Source: an uncultured Gemmatimonadales bacterium (GTDB lineage: Bacteria > Gemmatimonadota > Gemmatimonadetes > Gemmatimonadales > GWC2-71-9). From it: a stretch of 64,000 bases of DNA. How positions within the stretch are numbered: the first letter of the stretch is position 1; each line of letters starts with the position of its first letter. Below, one piece after another: positions 1 through 9,318 of the stretch. A program made the translations under genes and the position numbers. The stretch spans positions 128,001 to 192,000 of the forward strand of contig CAWHFW010000003.1 of the NCBI GenBank assembly GCA_963828735.1. Direction: 5' to 3'. The notes under the pieces are model-generated. The model worked only from the letters and a program-made list of their open reading frames with translations, was not told the DNA's origin and searched no databases.

Positions 1-1936
1 AATCGCGACGCAGGTGCGCGGGACCGTCTCGGCGGCGCGCGACACCATCCGCGCGGAGCTGCAGCGACTCACGTTGGACGAGGGCGGTCGGGCGTGGGCA
101 CTCCAGCACCCGGCGGCCCTCACGTTCGGGCCGCGCGTCGAGGTGAACGGGCTCGCGCTCCGCGCCGGCGATCGCAGCATCGAGATAAACGGGGTGGTCG
201 ACCGCCAGGGGACGAGCGACCTGACCCTGCGCATCGCCTCGCTCGAGCTGGAGACGCTGCGCGCGGCGGGGCTGGTGCCGGTCGGTGGCCGGGTGGACGG
301 CCAGTTCCACCTCACGGGGCCCGCACGGAATCCTCGGCTCCAGGGGGGCGTGACCCTGGCCATCAGGTCGAGCCGCAGACGTGACGTGGGGACGGTCGGC
401 ACCAAAGTCGACTGGCGCGGCAGCGCCCTCCAACTGTCGGCCGCAGCAAAGCCATTGAAGGGCGGCGCACTCACCGTCGACGGCTCCCTGCCCTATCGCT
501 TGACGCTGGCCCCGGGCGACACGACGCCCGCCGCCGCGGACACGGTCTCGCTCGCCGTACGCGCCGACAGCTTCGATCTCGCCCTGTTCGAGCCGCTGCT
601 CCCACCCGATGCCGCGAAGGGCCTCGGCGGCCGACTCCGGACGGACGCGCGCATCGGGGGAACGGTGCACGCCCCTCGGGCGACGGGAACCGTCAACCTC
701 GCGCGCGCCACGCTCGAGCTGCCGCCCATCCGCATAGCGTACGAGCGAGGCGAGCTGGCGGGCACCCTCGACGGTGACGTGCTCCGCATCCAGAAGCTCC
801 GGCTGCTGACCGGCAAGCACGAGGAGCTCCTCGCCTCGGGGGCGATTCGCCTGACGCCGCTGAGCGATCCCGGCCTGGGGCTGGAGGGAACCCTTCGCGA
901 CTTCCGGCTGGTCAACTCCGAGCAGCTTCGCACCTCCGCCTCGGGCCAGGTCAAGGTCGCCGGGACGCTACTGCATCCCGAGCTGAGCGGGCGCGTCAAG
1001 CTCGGCCGTACCGATTTCTTCGTCGGAGCGGGCGGCACGCAGGTGCGGGTGGAGCAGGTAGAGCTCACCCCGGCCGAGCTGCGTGACCTGGCGCGCGACT
1101 TCGGTCCAGGCGTGCTCACGCAGGGCGAGCAAACGCCCGGCCTGATGGACCGCGTCAAGCTGGATCTCGCGGTGCAGATGCCCAGACAGGTGTGGATCCG
1201 ACGAACCAGCACTCCGAAAACCAACATCGAGCTGATGGGGAACCTCCGGGTGAGGCAGGAGCCCGGCCAGGAGATGCAGTTCTTCGGACACGTGGAGCCC
1301 GTGCCGAACCGCGGCACGCTCGAGCTCAACGGCAAGCAGTTCCGCCTGACCGACGGGGACATCAACCTCGCCGGTCCGGTGGACTCGACCAAGCTCGACG
1401 TGAACGCCTCGTACGAGGTCCCGACACAGGGCGGTGGCAACGACGAGGGCATCCTCATCAGCGTGCACGCGCGCGGCCGGCTGGACAGTCTCGGGCTCGG
1501 CTTCACGTCCGATCCCTCGATGAGCCAGGACGACATTCTCTCGTACATCGTGACGGGCCGGCCGGCTTCCGATAATCCGCTGTTCGAGCGCACCGGGGGA
1601 GGCGGCGGCAACACCGGCGAGCAGGTAGCGCTCGGCACGCTGACCGGCGCGATCTCCAACACGGCCGGACAACACCTGGGCCTCGACGTGTTCCAGATCC
1701 GACAGGAGCCGGCCCGCGGACTGACGCTCACGGCCGGCCGGTACATGGGATCGCGCCTGTTCCTGGATTTCCAGCTTCCTCTTCAGCTCAGCAGCCTGGC
1801 CCAGCAGTCGTCGTCGGGCACCAATCTGGGACCGGGCTTCGAACTGGAGTACACCCTGGAGCGCTGGCTGCGGGCGAGCCTCCGTGGCGGCAGCCTGTCG
1901 CCGGGCTTCCTCTTCCTGGGCCGCCGTGCGTACTGA
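1..1936 (+). CDS. tamB: TamB/DUF490 translocation and assembly module protein (5'-truncated by window)
   Basis: Repetitive beta-taco-like sequence; C-terminal DUF490-like motifs (F-TSDP-MSQDDILSYIVTGR, LGLDVFQI, LTAGRY); lies directly upstream of an Omp85-family gene. Confidence 0.85.
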   Translation, partial: IATQVRGTVSAARDTIRAELQRLTLDEGGRAWALQHPAALTFGPRVEVNGLALRAGDRSIEINGVVDRQGTSDLTLRIASLELETLRAAGLVPVGGRVDGQFHLTGPARNPRLQGGVTLAIRSSRRRDVGTVGTKVDWRGSALQLSAAAKPLKGGALTVDGSLPYRLTLAPGDTTPAAADTVSLAVRADSFDLALFEPLLPPDAAKGLGGRLRTDARIGGTVHAPRATGTVNLARATLELPPIRIAYERGELAGTLDGDVLRIQKLRLLTGKHEELLASGAIRLTPLSDPGLGLEGTLRDFRLVNSEQLRTSASGQVKVAGTLLHPELSGRVKLGRTDFFVGAGGTQVRVEQVELTPAELRDLARDFGPGVLTQGEQTPGLMDRVKLDLAVQMPRQVWIRRTSTPKTNIELMGNLRVRQEPGQEMQFFGHVEPVPNRGTLELNGKQFRLTDGDINLAGPVDSTKLDVNASYEVPTQGGGNDEGILISVHARGRLDSLGLGFTSDPSMSQDDILSYIVTGRPASDNPLFERTGGGGGNTGEQVALGTLTGAISNTAGQHLGLDVFQIRQEPARGLTLTAGRYMGSRLFLDFQLPLQLSSLAQQSSSGTNLGPGFELEYTLERWLRASLRGGSLSPGFLFLGRRAY

Positions 1937-4070
1937 GCACTGGGCCGCGGTCGTTATGGCCCTGGTCGGAGGCGCGGGTCCGCTCGCCGCGCAGGATCCC
2001 CTCAGTCTGGTCGGTCCGAAGACGCAGGTGAGGTCGGTCGAGTTCGCGTTCACGGAGAAGTCGTCGCTCGACGAGGACCAGCTCCGCCAGAAAATCGCGC
2101 TCAGCGGCCAGGGCGGCATGGTCGGACTGCGGCGGGCGCTCGGCTGGGTGCCGCTCGTGCCGCCCGTCGGCTCGCACCCGTTCGATCCGACGGAGATGGC
2201 CCGGGACGTGGTCCGGCTCCGACGCTACTACGAGCGCTCCGGCTTTCCCAAAGCCGACGTGGACTATCGCGCCACGTATGAGGCGAAGGCCGACGTGGTG
2301 AACGTGACCTATCGCATCGCCGAGGGCCCGCCGCTCACCGTGGATACGCTGACCTTCACGGGCGCGAATGGCGCGCTCACCGTCCCCGACTCCCTCGGCC
2401 CGAGCTGGCAGCACTTCGTTCGGACCGCGCGGCAGTGGACCGCTCGGGCCGGTGAAGATGAGCGTCGCGCGCTCGCCGACAGCACGGTCCGCTGGTTCCG
2501 TGCGAACGGGTACCCGTTCGCGTCCGCACAGACGGTGGCGCGCGTCGACAGCGCGGCCAACCACGCCGACCTCGACGTGCAGGTGGACCCCGGCCAGCGC
2601 GCCAGGGTGGAGCGCGTCGAGGTCACGGGCAACCGGACGATCCCCGAGCGTGAGGTCGTGAGGCAGCTGTCCGTCCGCCCGGGCGATTGGTACGACGCGC
2701 AGGCGCTCGAGCGGACGCGCCAGCAGCTGACCCAGATGGACATCGTGCGACTCGCGTCGCTGGACGTGCCGCGCGACTCCGCGAAGGATACGAGCGTCGT
2801 CGTCATGCTTCGCGTGGACGAAAGTCCCGAGCACCTGATCAAAGGGGAGGCTGGCTACGTCTCGGCCGGCGGGCTGACGTCGCAGGTGACCTGGACGGAC
2901 CGGAGCTGGCTCGGCGGCCTGCGCACCTTCACGGTGGCCGCCACCGCGCTGACGGGGATCGGGGCGCTGGAGAATCCGGCACAGCAGCTCTTTCGGCTGA
3001 ACCTTACCGCGTTCCAGCCGTACGTCGGTGACCGGCGCCTCTCCGCCGCGGGGGGACCCTTCATCGAGTATCGCAACGATCTCCGCGACCGGAGCTGGGC
3101 CGTGGGCTTCGAGGGGTCGCTGGTGTGGGCCCCGGCCCCGCTCCGCTCGATCTCCCTCGGCTATTCCATCTCGCGGCGCCGCGTGTTCGACTACGGCCTC
3201 GGCGCCGACCTGCCACCCGAGGAGTATCTCCCGCTGCTCAACCTCGCCGATCCGAGCACGGTCGGCAGCCTGGAGCAGGACCGCGACCAGAGCGTCCTCA
3301 CGCTCGAAGGGACCTACGGGCGACTGGACCGGATCGCCAACCCGCGCAAGGGGTACGTGCTGCGGCCCCGCATCGCGACGACGCTGCCCGGCTTCAACAC
3401 CAGCGAGTATGCCCTGGTCGATTTCGGCGCCACGGCCTATGTCCCGTTCACCAAGGCCCTGGGCCTGACGCTGCGGGCGGGGGCCGGACGCATCTATCCT
3501 CGCGGGAAGAGCGTCGAAGGCGTGGGCAGCGAGTCCCCGTTCGTTTCCATGCTCAGCCTGAGCGACGTGACGTTCACGGCCGGCGGAACGCGTGACGTCC
3601 GTGGCTGGGGCACGTTCCTGCTCGGGCCCAAGATCCCGCAGGCGCAGCTGGAGCAGCAGGGCGACAGCATCGTCACCCTCGCCGACCGGTATACGCCCAT
3701 CGGTGGGCTCGCCCGACTGGTGAGCAGCGTCGAGCTTCACTTCCCAATGCCGCTCCTGGGTGAGGCCTTTCAGCCGTTCCTATTCTGGGACGGCGGACGG
3801 ATCTGGACGCCCGACAGCCGGTTCGCGCTCGATGCCGGCGCGATCGGCGAGGACAAGTTCTATCACTCGATCGGCGCAGGCATCGGCTATCAGACCCTCG
3901 TGGGCGCGATTCAGGTGGCCGTGGGGTACAAGCTGAACCCATCGCCACTCGACCTGCGCTCCCCGCAGGACGTCGCGACCGCGCTCCAGAACGGCGCGCC
4001 CGTCGAGGCGGCCCCGACCTCCTCGTCACGGCGGTTTCACCTGCACTTCTCGATCGGCGCGACTTTCTGA
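1926..4070 (+). CDS. tamA: TamA/BamA (Omp85) family outer membrane protein
   Basis: GTG at 1926 gives a signal peptide ending AQ; POTRA-like motifs (YYERSGF, GN-RT-IP-E); GG-RDVRGW loop motif; C-terminal FHLHFSIGATF beta-signal; overlaps tamB. Confidence 0.85.
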   Translation: MRTEHWAAVVMALVGGAGPLAAQDPLSLVGPKTQVRSVEFAFTEKSSLDEDQLRQKIALSGQGGMVGLRRALGWVPLVPPVGSHPFDPTEMARDVVRLRRYYERSGFPKADVDYRATYEAKADVVNVTYRIAEGPPLTVDTLTFTGANGALTVPDSLGPSWQHFVRTARQWTARAGEDERRALADSTVRWFRANGYPFASAQTVARVDSAANHADLDVQVDPGQRARVERVEVTGNRTIPEREVVRQLSVRPGDWYDAQALERTRQQLTQMDIVRLASLDVPRDSAKDTSVVVMLRVDESPEHLIKGEAGYVSAGGLTSQVTWTDRSWLGGLRTFTVAATALTGIGALENPAQQLFRLNLTAFQPYVGDRRLSAAGGPFIEYRNDLRDRSWAVGFEGSLVWAPAPLRSISLGYSISRRRVFDYGLGADLPPEEYLPLLNLADPSTVGSLEQDRDQSVLTLEGTYGRLDRIANPRKGYVLRPRIATTLPGFNTSEYALVDFGATAYVPFTKALGLTLRAGAGRIYPRGKSVEGVGSESPFVSMLSLSDVTFTAGGTRDVRGWGTFLLGPKIPQAQLEQQGDSIVTLADRYTPIGGLARLVSSVELHFPMPLLGEAFQPFLFWDGGRIWTPDSRFALDAGAIGEDKFYHSIGAGIGYQTLVGAIQVAVGYKLNPSPLDLRSPQDVATALQNGAPVEAAPTSSSRRFHLHFSIGATF

Positions 4071-4136
4071 CCACGTTGCTGCCCGGATCACCGTGACCAC
4101 CGCCACCGCACCGCCGTTTCCCCCATCCCAACGTTC

Positions 4137-4805
4137 GTGATGCCGGCTCGCATCTTCCTGCTTTCTCCGGCGCACCTGGGCGGAAAGCGAGCGGACCTGC
4201 TCCTGAGCGGGCGCGGCCGGTTTCCGCTGGCGGAGCGTCTCCGCGCCGGAGAGACGGTGACGATCGCCGAGGCGTTCACGTTCCTGAGCGGGCTCTACTT
4301 CCGTGGCAAGGTGACGTATGCCCGCCGGTTCGCCCGCCCACCGGCCGACGTGCCCGGCGTCCTGGTGATCACGAGCAATCAGGGGTTGCTCCCGGCTGAC
4401 ACACCGATGACGACGCACGAGCTCCTCGCCTTCGCGGGGACGGACATCCGGGCCGGCGAAGCGGGGTATCAGGAACCGCTGCGGCGCGACATCGCGGCGC
4501 TCGACGCGGGAGCCGCGGGAGCATCGACGGAGGTCGTGCTGCTGGGAAGCATCGCGACCGGCAAGTACGTGGATGTCCTGTTCGACGTTCTTGGGGAGCG
4601 GCTCCTCTTTCCCACGGCGTTCGCGGGCCGCGGGGACATGAGCCGGGGCGCCCTGCTGCTCCGGGCGGCACGCGCCGACCAGGAGCTCGCGTACGCACCT
4701 GTGGCGACCGGCGTGCGCCGTGGGCCGCGGCCGAGGAAAGGAGGACCGGGCGATGGCAACGACGGCCAGAGCGCGGACCGGGGTGCGGATTCCGGCCGGA
4801 GTTAG
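4137..4805 (+). CDS. Conserved hypothetical protein, DUF6884/YaaA-like by motif pattern; first gene of split-LigD operon
   Basis: Coding-like ORF with IFLLSPA, SGLYFRGKVTYARRF, VLVITSNQGLLPADTPM, VVLLG..GKY motifs; overlaps downstream polymerase gene. Confidence 0.75.
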   Translation: MMPARIFLLSPAHLGGKRADLLLSGRGRFPLAERLRAGETVTIAEAFTFLSGLYFRGKVTYARRFARPPADVPGVLVITSNQGLLPADTPMTTHELLAFAGTDIRAGEAGYQEPLRRDIAALDAGAAGASTEVVLLGSIATGKYVDVLFDVLGERLLFPTAFAGRGDMSRGALLLRAARADQELAYAPVATGVRRGPRPRKGGPGDGNDGQSADRGADSGRS

Positions 4806-5700
4806 GAGCGCCGAGCTCCGGGCCGGTCGCCATGCGGTTCCGCTCAGCAACCTCGACAAGGTCTTCTGGCCCGAGGCCGGGTATACCAAGCGGCATCTGC
4901 TGCAGTACTACGCGGACGTCTCGAGCGCGCTCGTGCCTCACCTTCGTGACCGCGCGATGGTCATGAAGCGCTACCCGAACGGCATCCACGGCAAGTGCTT
5001 CTTCATGAAGCGCACGCCCTCGCCGCACCCCGAATGGCTCGAGACCTGCTCGATCGAGCACAAGTCGGCCAGCGTGATCGCCTTTCCGATGATCCAGGAC
5101 GTGGCGTCGCTGCTCTGGGTGGTGAACCTGGGCTGCATCGACCTCAACCCCTGGTACGCCCGCTGCGACGACACCGACCGGCCCGACCATCTGCACTTCG
5201 ACCTGGACCCCGGCCCCGGCGTTCCGTTCGCGCGGGTCCGTGAAACGGCGCTCGTCGTGCGCGACGCGCTGGAGTCGCTGGGCATGAGCGCGCTGGTGAA
5301 GACCAGCGGCTCGACCGGCATGCACCTCTACGTGCCGATCGTCCGCGGACCCGCTCAGAAGACCGTGTGGCAGTTCGCGAAGAGCCTGGCGAAGCGGCTC
5401 GAGCGCCGACACCCGAACCTGATCACCGCCGAATACCGCATCGCCGACCGGCCGCGGGGGCGCGTGCTCGTGGACTACAACCAGAACGCGTGGGGACGGA
5501 CGTTGGCCTCGGTCTACTCCGTTCGGCCCACCGAGCGCGCCACCGTCTCGACCCCAGTCACCTGGGCCGAAGTGGAGCGCGGCTTCGACGTAGAGGCGTT
5601 CCGGTTGGACAACGTGCCCGGTCGCCTGCGCCGCCTGGGCGACCTGTGGAGGCCCCTCCTGGTCGCTCGCGGTCGATTCCGACTGGATGATGTCCTGTGA
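4753..5700 (+). CDS. Stand-alone LigD-type primase-polymerase (AEP; Prim-PolC/PolD-like)
   Basis: LSNLDKVFWP, RYPNGI, FDLDP (DxD), KTSGSTGMH, VDYNQN, YSVRP, VSTP.TW motifs; AGGAGG upstream of ATG 4753. Confidence 0.93.
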   Translation: MATTARARTGVRIPAGVRSAELRAGRHAVPLSNLDKVFWPEAGYTKRHLLQYYADVSSALVPHLRDRAMVMKRYPNGIHGKCFFMKRTPSPHPEWLETCSIEHKSASVIAFPMIQDVASLLWVVNLGCIDLNPWYARCDDTDRPDHLHFDLDPGPGVPFARVRETALVVRDALESLGMSALVKTSGSTGMHLYVPIVRGPAQKTVWQFAKSLAKRLERRHPNLITAEYRIADRPRGRVLVDYNQNAWGRTLASVYSVRPTERATVSTPVTWAEVERGFDVEAFRLDNVPGRLRRLGDLWRPLLVARGRFRLDDVL

Positions 5701-6695
5701 GCCTGCCGCTGCGATTCCCCTATGCCCCGATGGAAGCGGAGAGCGTCCCCACGCTTCCCACCGGACGCGAGTGGCAGTACGAGCCCAAGTGGGACGGCTT
5801 CCGCTGCCTTGCGTTTCGCGATGGTGACACGGTGCGCATCCAGAGCAAGGCTGGCAAGCCGCTCGCGCGGTACTTCCCCGACATCGTGGAATCGTTGTCG
5901 TCGCTCGCGGCCAGACGCTTCGTGCTCGACGGCGAGATCGTGATCCCGGTGGACGGCCGGCTCTCGTTCGACGAGCTGCTCCTCCGCGTGCATCCCGCCG
6001 CCAGCCGGGTCCGGACGCTGGTGGAGGCGCATCCCGCGCGGCTCATGGTGTTCGATCTGCTGGTGGACGAGCAGGGCCGCTCGCTCGTCGCGAAGCCGCT
6101 GTCGGAGCGGCGCGTGCGACTGGAGGCATTCGCGAAGCGATACTTCCGACGCGGGGGCGCGATCGTGCTGTCGCGGGCCTCGCGCCGTCAGGGCACGGCA
6201 CGCGGGTGGCTCACCGGCGGCAAGGGAGACCTCGACGGCGTGGTGGCCAAACGGCTGGACCTTCCGTATCGATCCGGCGACCGCCACGGGATGGTGAAGG
6301 TGAAGCGGCGGCGCACGGCCGACTGCGTCGTCGGCGGATTCCGGTACGCTTCCAAGGGCGGGGGCATCGGCTCCTTGCTGCTCGGGCTGTACGACGACGC
6401 GGGACGGCTCGACCACGTTGGGTTCTGCTCCAGTTTTTCGGCGGTCGAGCGTCGCGGCCTCAAGGCGAAGCTCGAGCCCCTTCGAAAGCCACCCGGCTTC
6501 ACGGGCCGAGCGCCGGGCGGCCCGAGCCGGTGGAGCACCGAGCGGTCGGCGGCATGGGAGCCGTTGGCGCCCAAGCTCGTCGTCGAGGTCGAGTACGATC
6601 ATGTGACCAACAGCCGATTCCGGCACGGCACCGGCTTCGTCCGGTGGCGACCGGACAAGACCCCCGGCCAATGTACCCTGGAGCAGCTGACATGA
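5697..6695 (+). CDS. ligC: ATP-dependent DNA ligase, LigC type
   Basis: Motifs EPKWDGFR, DGEIV, FDLL, DGVVAK, KVK; LigC-like PGGPSRWS and RFRHG..F.RWRPDK; GTGA overlap with Pol gene. Confidence 0.92.
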   Translation: MSLPLRFPYAPMEAESVPTLPTGREWQYEPKWDGFRCLAFRDGDTVRIQSKAGKPLARYFPDIVESLSSLAARRFVLDGEIVIPVDGRLSFDELLLRVHPAASRVRTLVEAHPARLMVFDLLVDEQGRSLVAKPLSERRVRLEAFAKRYFRRGGAIVLSRASRRQGTARGWLTGGKGDLDGVVAKRLDLPYRSGDRHGMVKVKRRRTADCVVGGFRYASKGGGIGSLLLGLYDDAGRLDHVGFCSSFSAVERRGLKAKLEPLRKPPGFTGRAPGGPSRWSTERSAAWEPLAPKLVVEVEYDHVTNSRFRHGTGFVRWRPDKTPGQCTLEQLT

Positions 6696-7369
6696 GTGAG
6701 AAGAAGAGCACCACGGGCCGGAAGCGGAAACCGCAGACGAGGCTCGCCGAATACCGTCGCAAGCGCGATTTCAACCGCACCGCCGAGCCACGAGGCGGAC
6801 CGCGCAAGGCGGCCGCCAAGCTGGCGTACGTCATCCAGAAGCACGCCGCGAGCCACCTGCACTTCGACCTGCGGCTCGAGCTCGACGGCGTAATGAAGAG
6901 CTGGGCTGTGCCGAAGGGGCCGAGCCTCGACCCGGCGGTGAAGCGACTTGCGATGCAGGTCGAGGATCACCCGATCGAGTACAACGCGTTCGAGGGGACC
7001 ATTCCCAAGGGAGAGTACGGCGGCGGCACGGTGATGATCTGGGACCAGGGAACCTACTCGTACGGTGGCGACGACGACGCCGAGCCCGTCGAGAGGCTGC
7101 GGGAGGGCTATGCCCGCGGCGACTTCAAGTTCGTGCTCGACGGGAAGCGCCTCCGGGGCTCGTGGGTGCTCGTGCGCACCCGTCGCGGAGACCCCAGCCG
7201 CGCCCAGTGGCTCCTGATCAAGCACCGGGACGAGTTCGCCGAGCCGGGATCGGAGGTCGTCGAGGAGTATCTCAGCTCGGCGACCACCGGCCGCACGATG
7301 GAGGAGATCGCAGCCGGACGAAAGCCGCGGCGGAAGACGACCGATGGTCGCGCCCGATCGCGGCGGTGA
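6692..7369 (+). CDS. Stand-alone LigD 3'-phosphoesterase (PE / LigD_N) domain protein
   Basis: YRRKRDF..T.EP, VIQKHAASHLHFDLRLE, SWAVPKGPS, EDHPIEY..FEG, YGGGTVMIWD.G; ATGA overlap with ligase. Confidence 0.93.
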   Translation: MSEKKSTTGRKRKPQTRLAEYRRKRDFNRTAEPRGGPRKAAAKLAYVIQKHAASHLHFDLRLELDGVMKSWAVPKGPSLDPAVKRLAMQVEDHPIEYNAFEGTIPKGEYGGGTVMIWDQGTYSYGGDDDAEPVERLREGYARGDFKFVLDGKRLRGSWVLVRTRRGDPSRAQWLLIKHRDEFAEPGSEVVEEYLSSATTGRTMEEIAAGRKPRRKTTDGRARSRR

Positions 7370-7466
7370 CCGTGTGCGGCGCGTCACTGCCGGCGCCGGG
7401 TTCCACAGGCGATATCCATGGGGCATGTCCGCCATGACGGCCCAGGCTTCGATTCCCGGAGGAACG

Positions 7467-8069
7467 ATGGCAGCGACGACTCGGGTGGGAATTCTCATGA
7501 TGCTGGCCGCCTGCGGCGGCGGCGAGCGAGCCGCACGCTCGGACAGCGCCGCCATGTCCAGCTCGTCCGGCTCGGCGCCGGCCGAGACCACGGCCATGGC
7601 CTCGGCCGCGGTGAGCGACACCGCGACGACGGCTCTAACGCCCGCGGCCACTGCGGACCAAGACACCGCGAAGAAGGGGGCGGCCCAGGATACGTCGAAG
7701 AAGGCCGCGGCGGCTCAGGACACCACGAAGCCGAAGGCCGCGGCCGCGAAGCCGGCCTCGGGTGGCGCGCCGACGCCCCAGCAGATCGCGCTGGGCGACA
7801 GCATCTTCCACGGCCAGACGGCCGGCGGCACCTGCACGGCCTGTCACGGACAGGACGCCAAGGGGACCGCCGTCGCGCCGAATCTCACCGACAGCCAGTG
7901 GCTGAATGGAGACGGCAGCTACCAGTTCATCGTCAATACGGTCACCACCGGCGTGCCCAAGCCGAAGGAGCACCCGGCGCCGATGCCGCCGAAGGGCGGT
8001 GCCACGCTCAGCGACGACCAGGTGAAGGCGGTCGCCGCGTACGTCTATTCGCTGAGTCACAAGACCTGA
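7467..8069 (+). CDS. c-type cytochrome lipoprotein
   Basis: Lipobox LAAC; CTACH heme-binding motif; APNLTD and distal MPPKGG; Ala/Lys-rich linker. Confidence 0.88.
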   Translation: MAATTRVGILMMLAACGGGERAARSDSAAMSSSSGSAPAETTAMASAAVSDTATTALTPAATADQDTAKKGAAQDTSKKAAAAQDTTKPKAAAAKPASGGAPTPQQIALGDSIFHGQTAGGTCTACHGQDAKGTAVAPNLTDSQWLNGDGSYQFIVNTVTTGVPKPKEHPAPMPPKGGATLSDDQVKAVAAYVYSLSHKT

Positions 8070-8115
8070 GTCGCCCGGCCCCTCTCGGTCTCCCGCGAGG
8101 GGCGCGCCGCCCGCC

Positions 8116-9174
8116 CTAGCGCAGGCTCGCCAGCTCGCCTTCGATCCGCTTCTTCTGGGTCTCGTTCGTCACCATCCCGAGCGCTTTCGAGTAGTTCGCC
8201 ACAGCCTGCTTCTTGTCACCCTTTCTGACGTACGCCTCCGCCAGGCTGTCGTAGGTGTTCCACGACTTGGGGTAGTCCTTCGTGTTCTTGCGGAAGACGG
8301 CGATGGCCGAGTCCACCTTTCCCTGCCCCATCAACAAGTACCCGTAGGTATTGACCTCGGCCTCGTTGGCGACGGCAAGCGAGCGTTGTGCCGAGGAGTC
8401 GGCGCCGCGCTGATCCCCGCGCAGGCCGAGCAGCGCCGCCTTCACCCGAAGGTTGGTGAAGTTCTCGTTCAGGCCGATGGACTGGTCGGCCCAGGCACTG
8501 GCCTCCTCCAGATTCACCTTGTTGGCCGCGCACCAGGCCGCCGCCTGGCTCCACGGCTGCCAGAAGAACCGGCCCAGGCCCCGGAGCTGCTGCCGCAGAC
8601 TGTCCACCACGACCACCTTGCTGTCCACCTCGATCGTGAAGGGCACCGCGAGCTTCTCCCACCGCAGGGTGGCCACGACCCCGTCATCGGTCGGGTCGTC
8701 GAAGGTGTACGTCAGCCGTTCGTGCATGTTTCCCGGTGCAGGCGTCGCGTGAATGCGAAGGGCGTCCTCCGATGAGTCGTAGCTGAAGCTCCCCCAGGCG
8801 TTCGCCTCGCGACTGAAGATGATGGTCCAGTCCCCGGCGGTCGGGATCATGTGCAGGCCGTAACGACCGGCCTCGAGCGCGTGGCCGCCGATCCGCACCG
8901 GCGAGCTGAAGCTGATGACGGTGTTCTCGTTGGCGCCCGCCCGCCACACCGTGTCGAAGGGCACCAGCTTGCCCCAGATCTCGCGTCCGTTCACGCCGGG
9001 GCGGTCGTAGGTGATCGCGATGTCGGTGAGCCCGATGACCTGGCTCACCGAGGCGCGCGGACTCTGCTTCGGGAGCACCAGCGGTGGCGCCTGCGCGTGG
9101 GCCCCGGCCGGGAGGACGGCGGACGAGGCCGCGAGCGTGGCGCATGCGAGGACAAGCGAGCGGAGGTGTCGCAT
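8116..9174 (-). CDS. DUF2911 domain protein with C-terminal TPR, exported
   Basis: Signal peptide AHA-Q; SP.ASVSQ.IG.T.I.ITY.RP, LVPF..VWRAGANE, WG.F.YD...D motifs; TPR (NTYDSLAEAY). Confidence 0.88.
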   Translation of the reverse strand: MRHLRSLVLACATLAASSAVLPAGAHAQAPPLVLPKQSPRASVSQVIGLTDIAITYDRPGVNGREIWGKLVPFDTVWRAGANENTVISFSSPVRIGGHALEAGRYGLHMIPTAGDWTIIFSREANAWGSFSYDSSEDALRIHATPAPGNMHERLTYTFDDPTDDGVVATLRWEKLAVPFTIEVDSKVVVVDSLRQQLRGLGRFFWQPWSQAAAWCAANKVNLEEASAWADQSIGLNENFTNLRVKAALLGLRGDQRGADSSAQRSLAVANEAEVNTYGYLLMGQGKVDSAIAVFRKNTKDYPKSWNTYDSLAEAYVRKGDKKQAVANYSKALGMVTNETQKKRIEGELASLR

Positions 9175-9203
9175 AGGCGCTCATGGGGAAGGGATGCTCT
9201 CTC

Positions 9204-9229
9204 TACGGACGGAGGCCACGACGGTTTCC
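9204..9229 (-). promoter_or_regulatory. ECF-type promoter GGAAAC-N16-CGTA(G) upstream of DUF2911 gene
   Basis: Minus strand reads GGAAAC cgtcgtggcctccgtc CGTAG, 30 nt upstream of ATG 9174. Confidence 0.6.
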
Positions 9230-9318
9230 CGCCGCGCGGGGGCCGGTTATGATGCGAATTCCTGCGACCCTCCCACGCCCGTGGAGGCGCGCTCATCGCC
9301 CGGAGGCGCGCCACTCCG

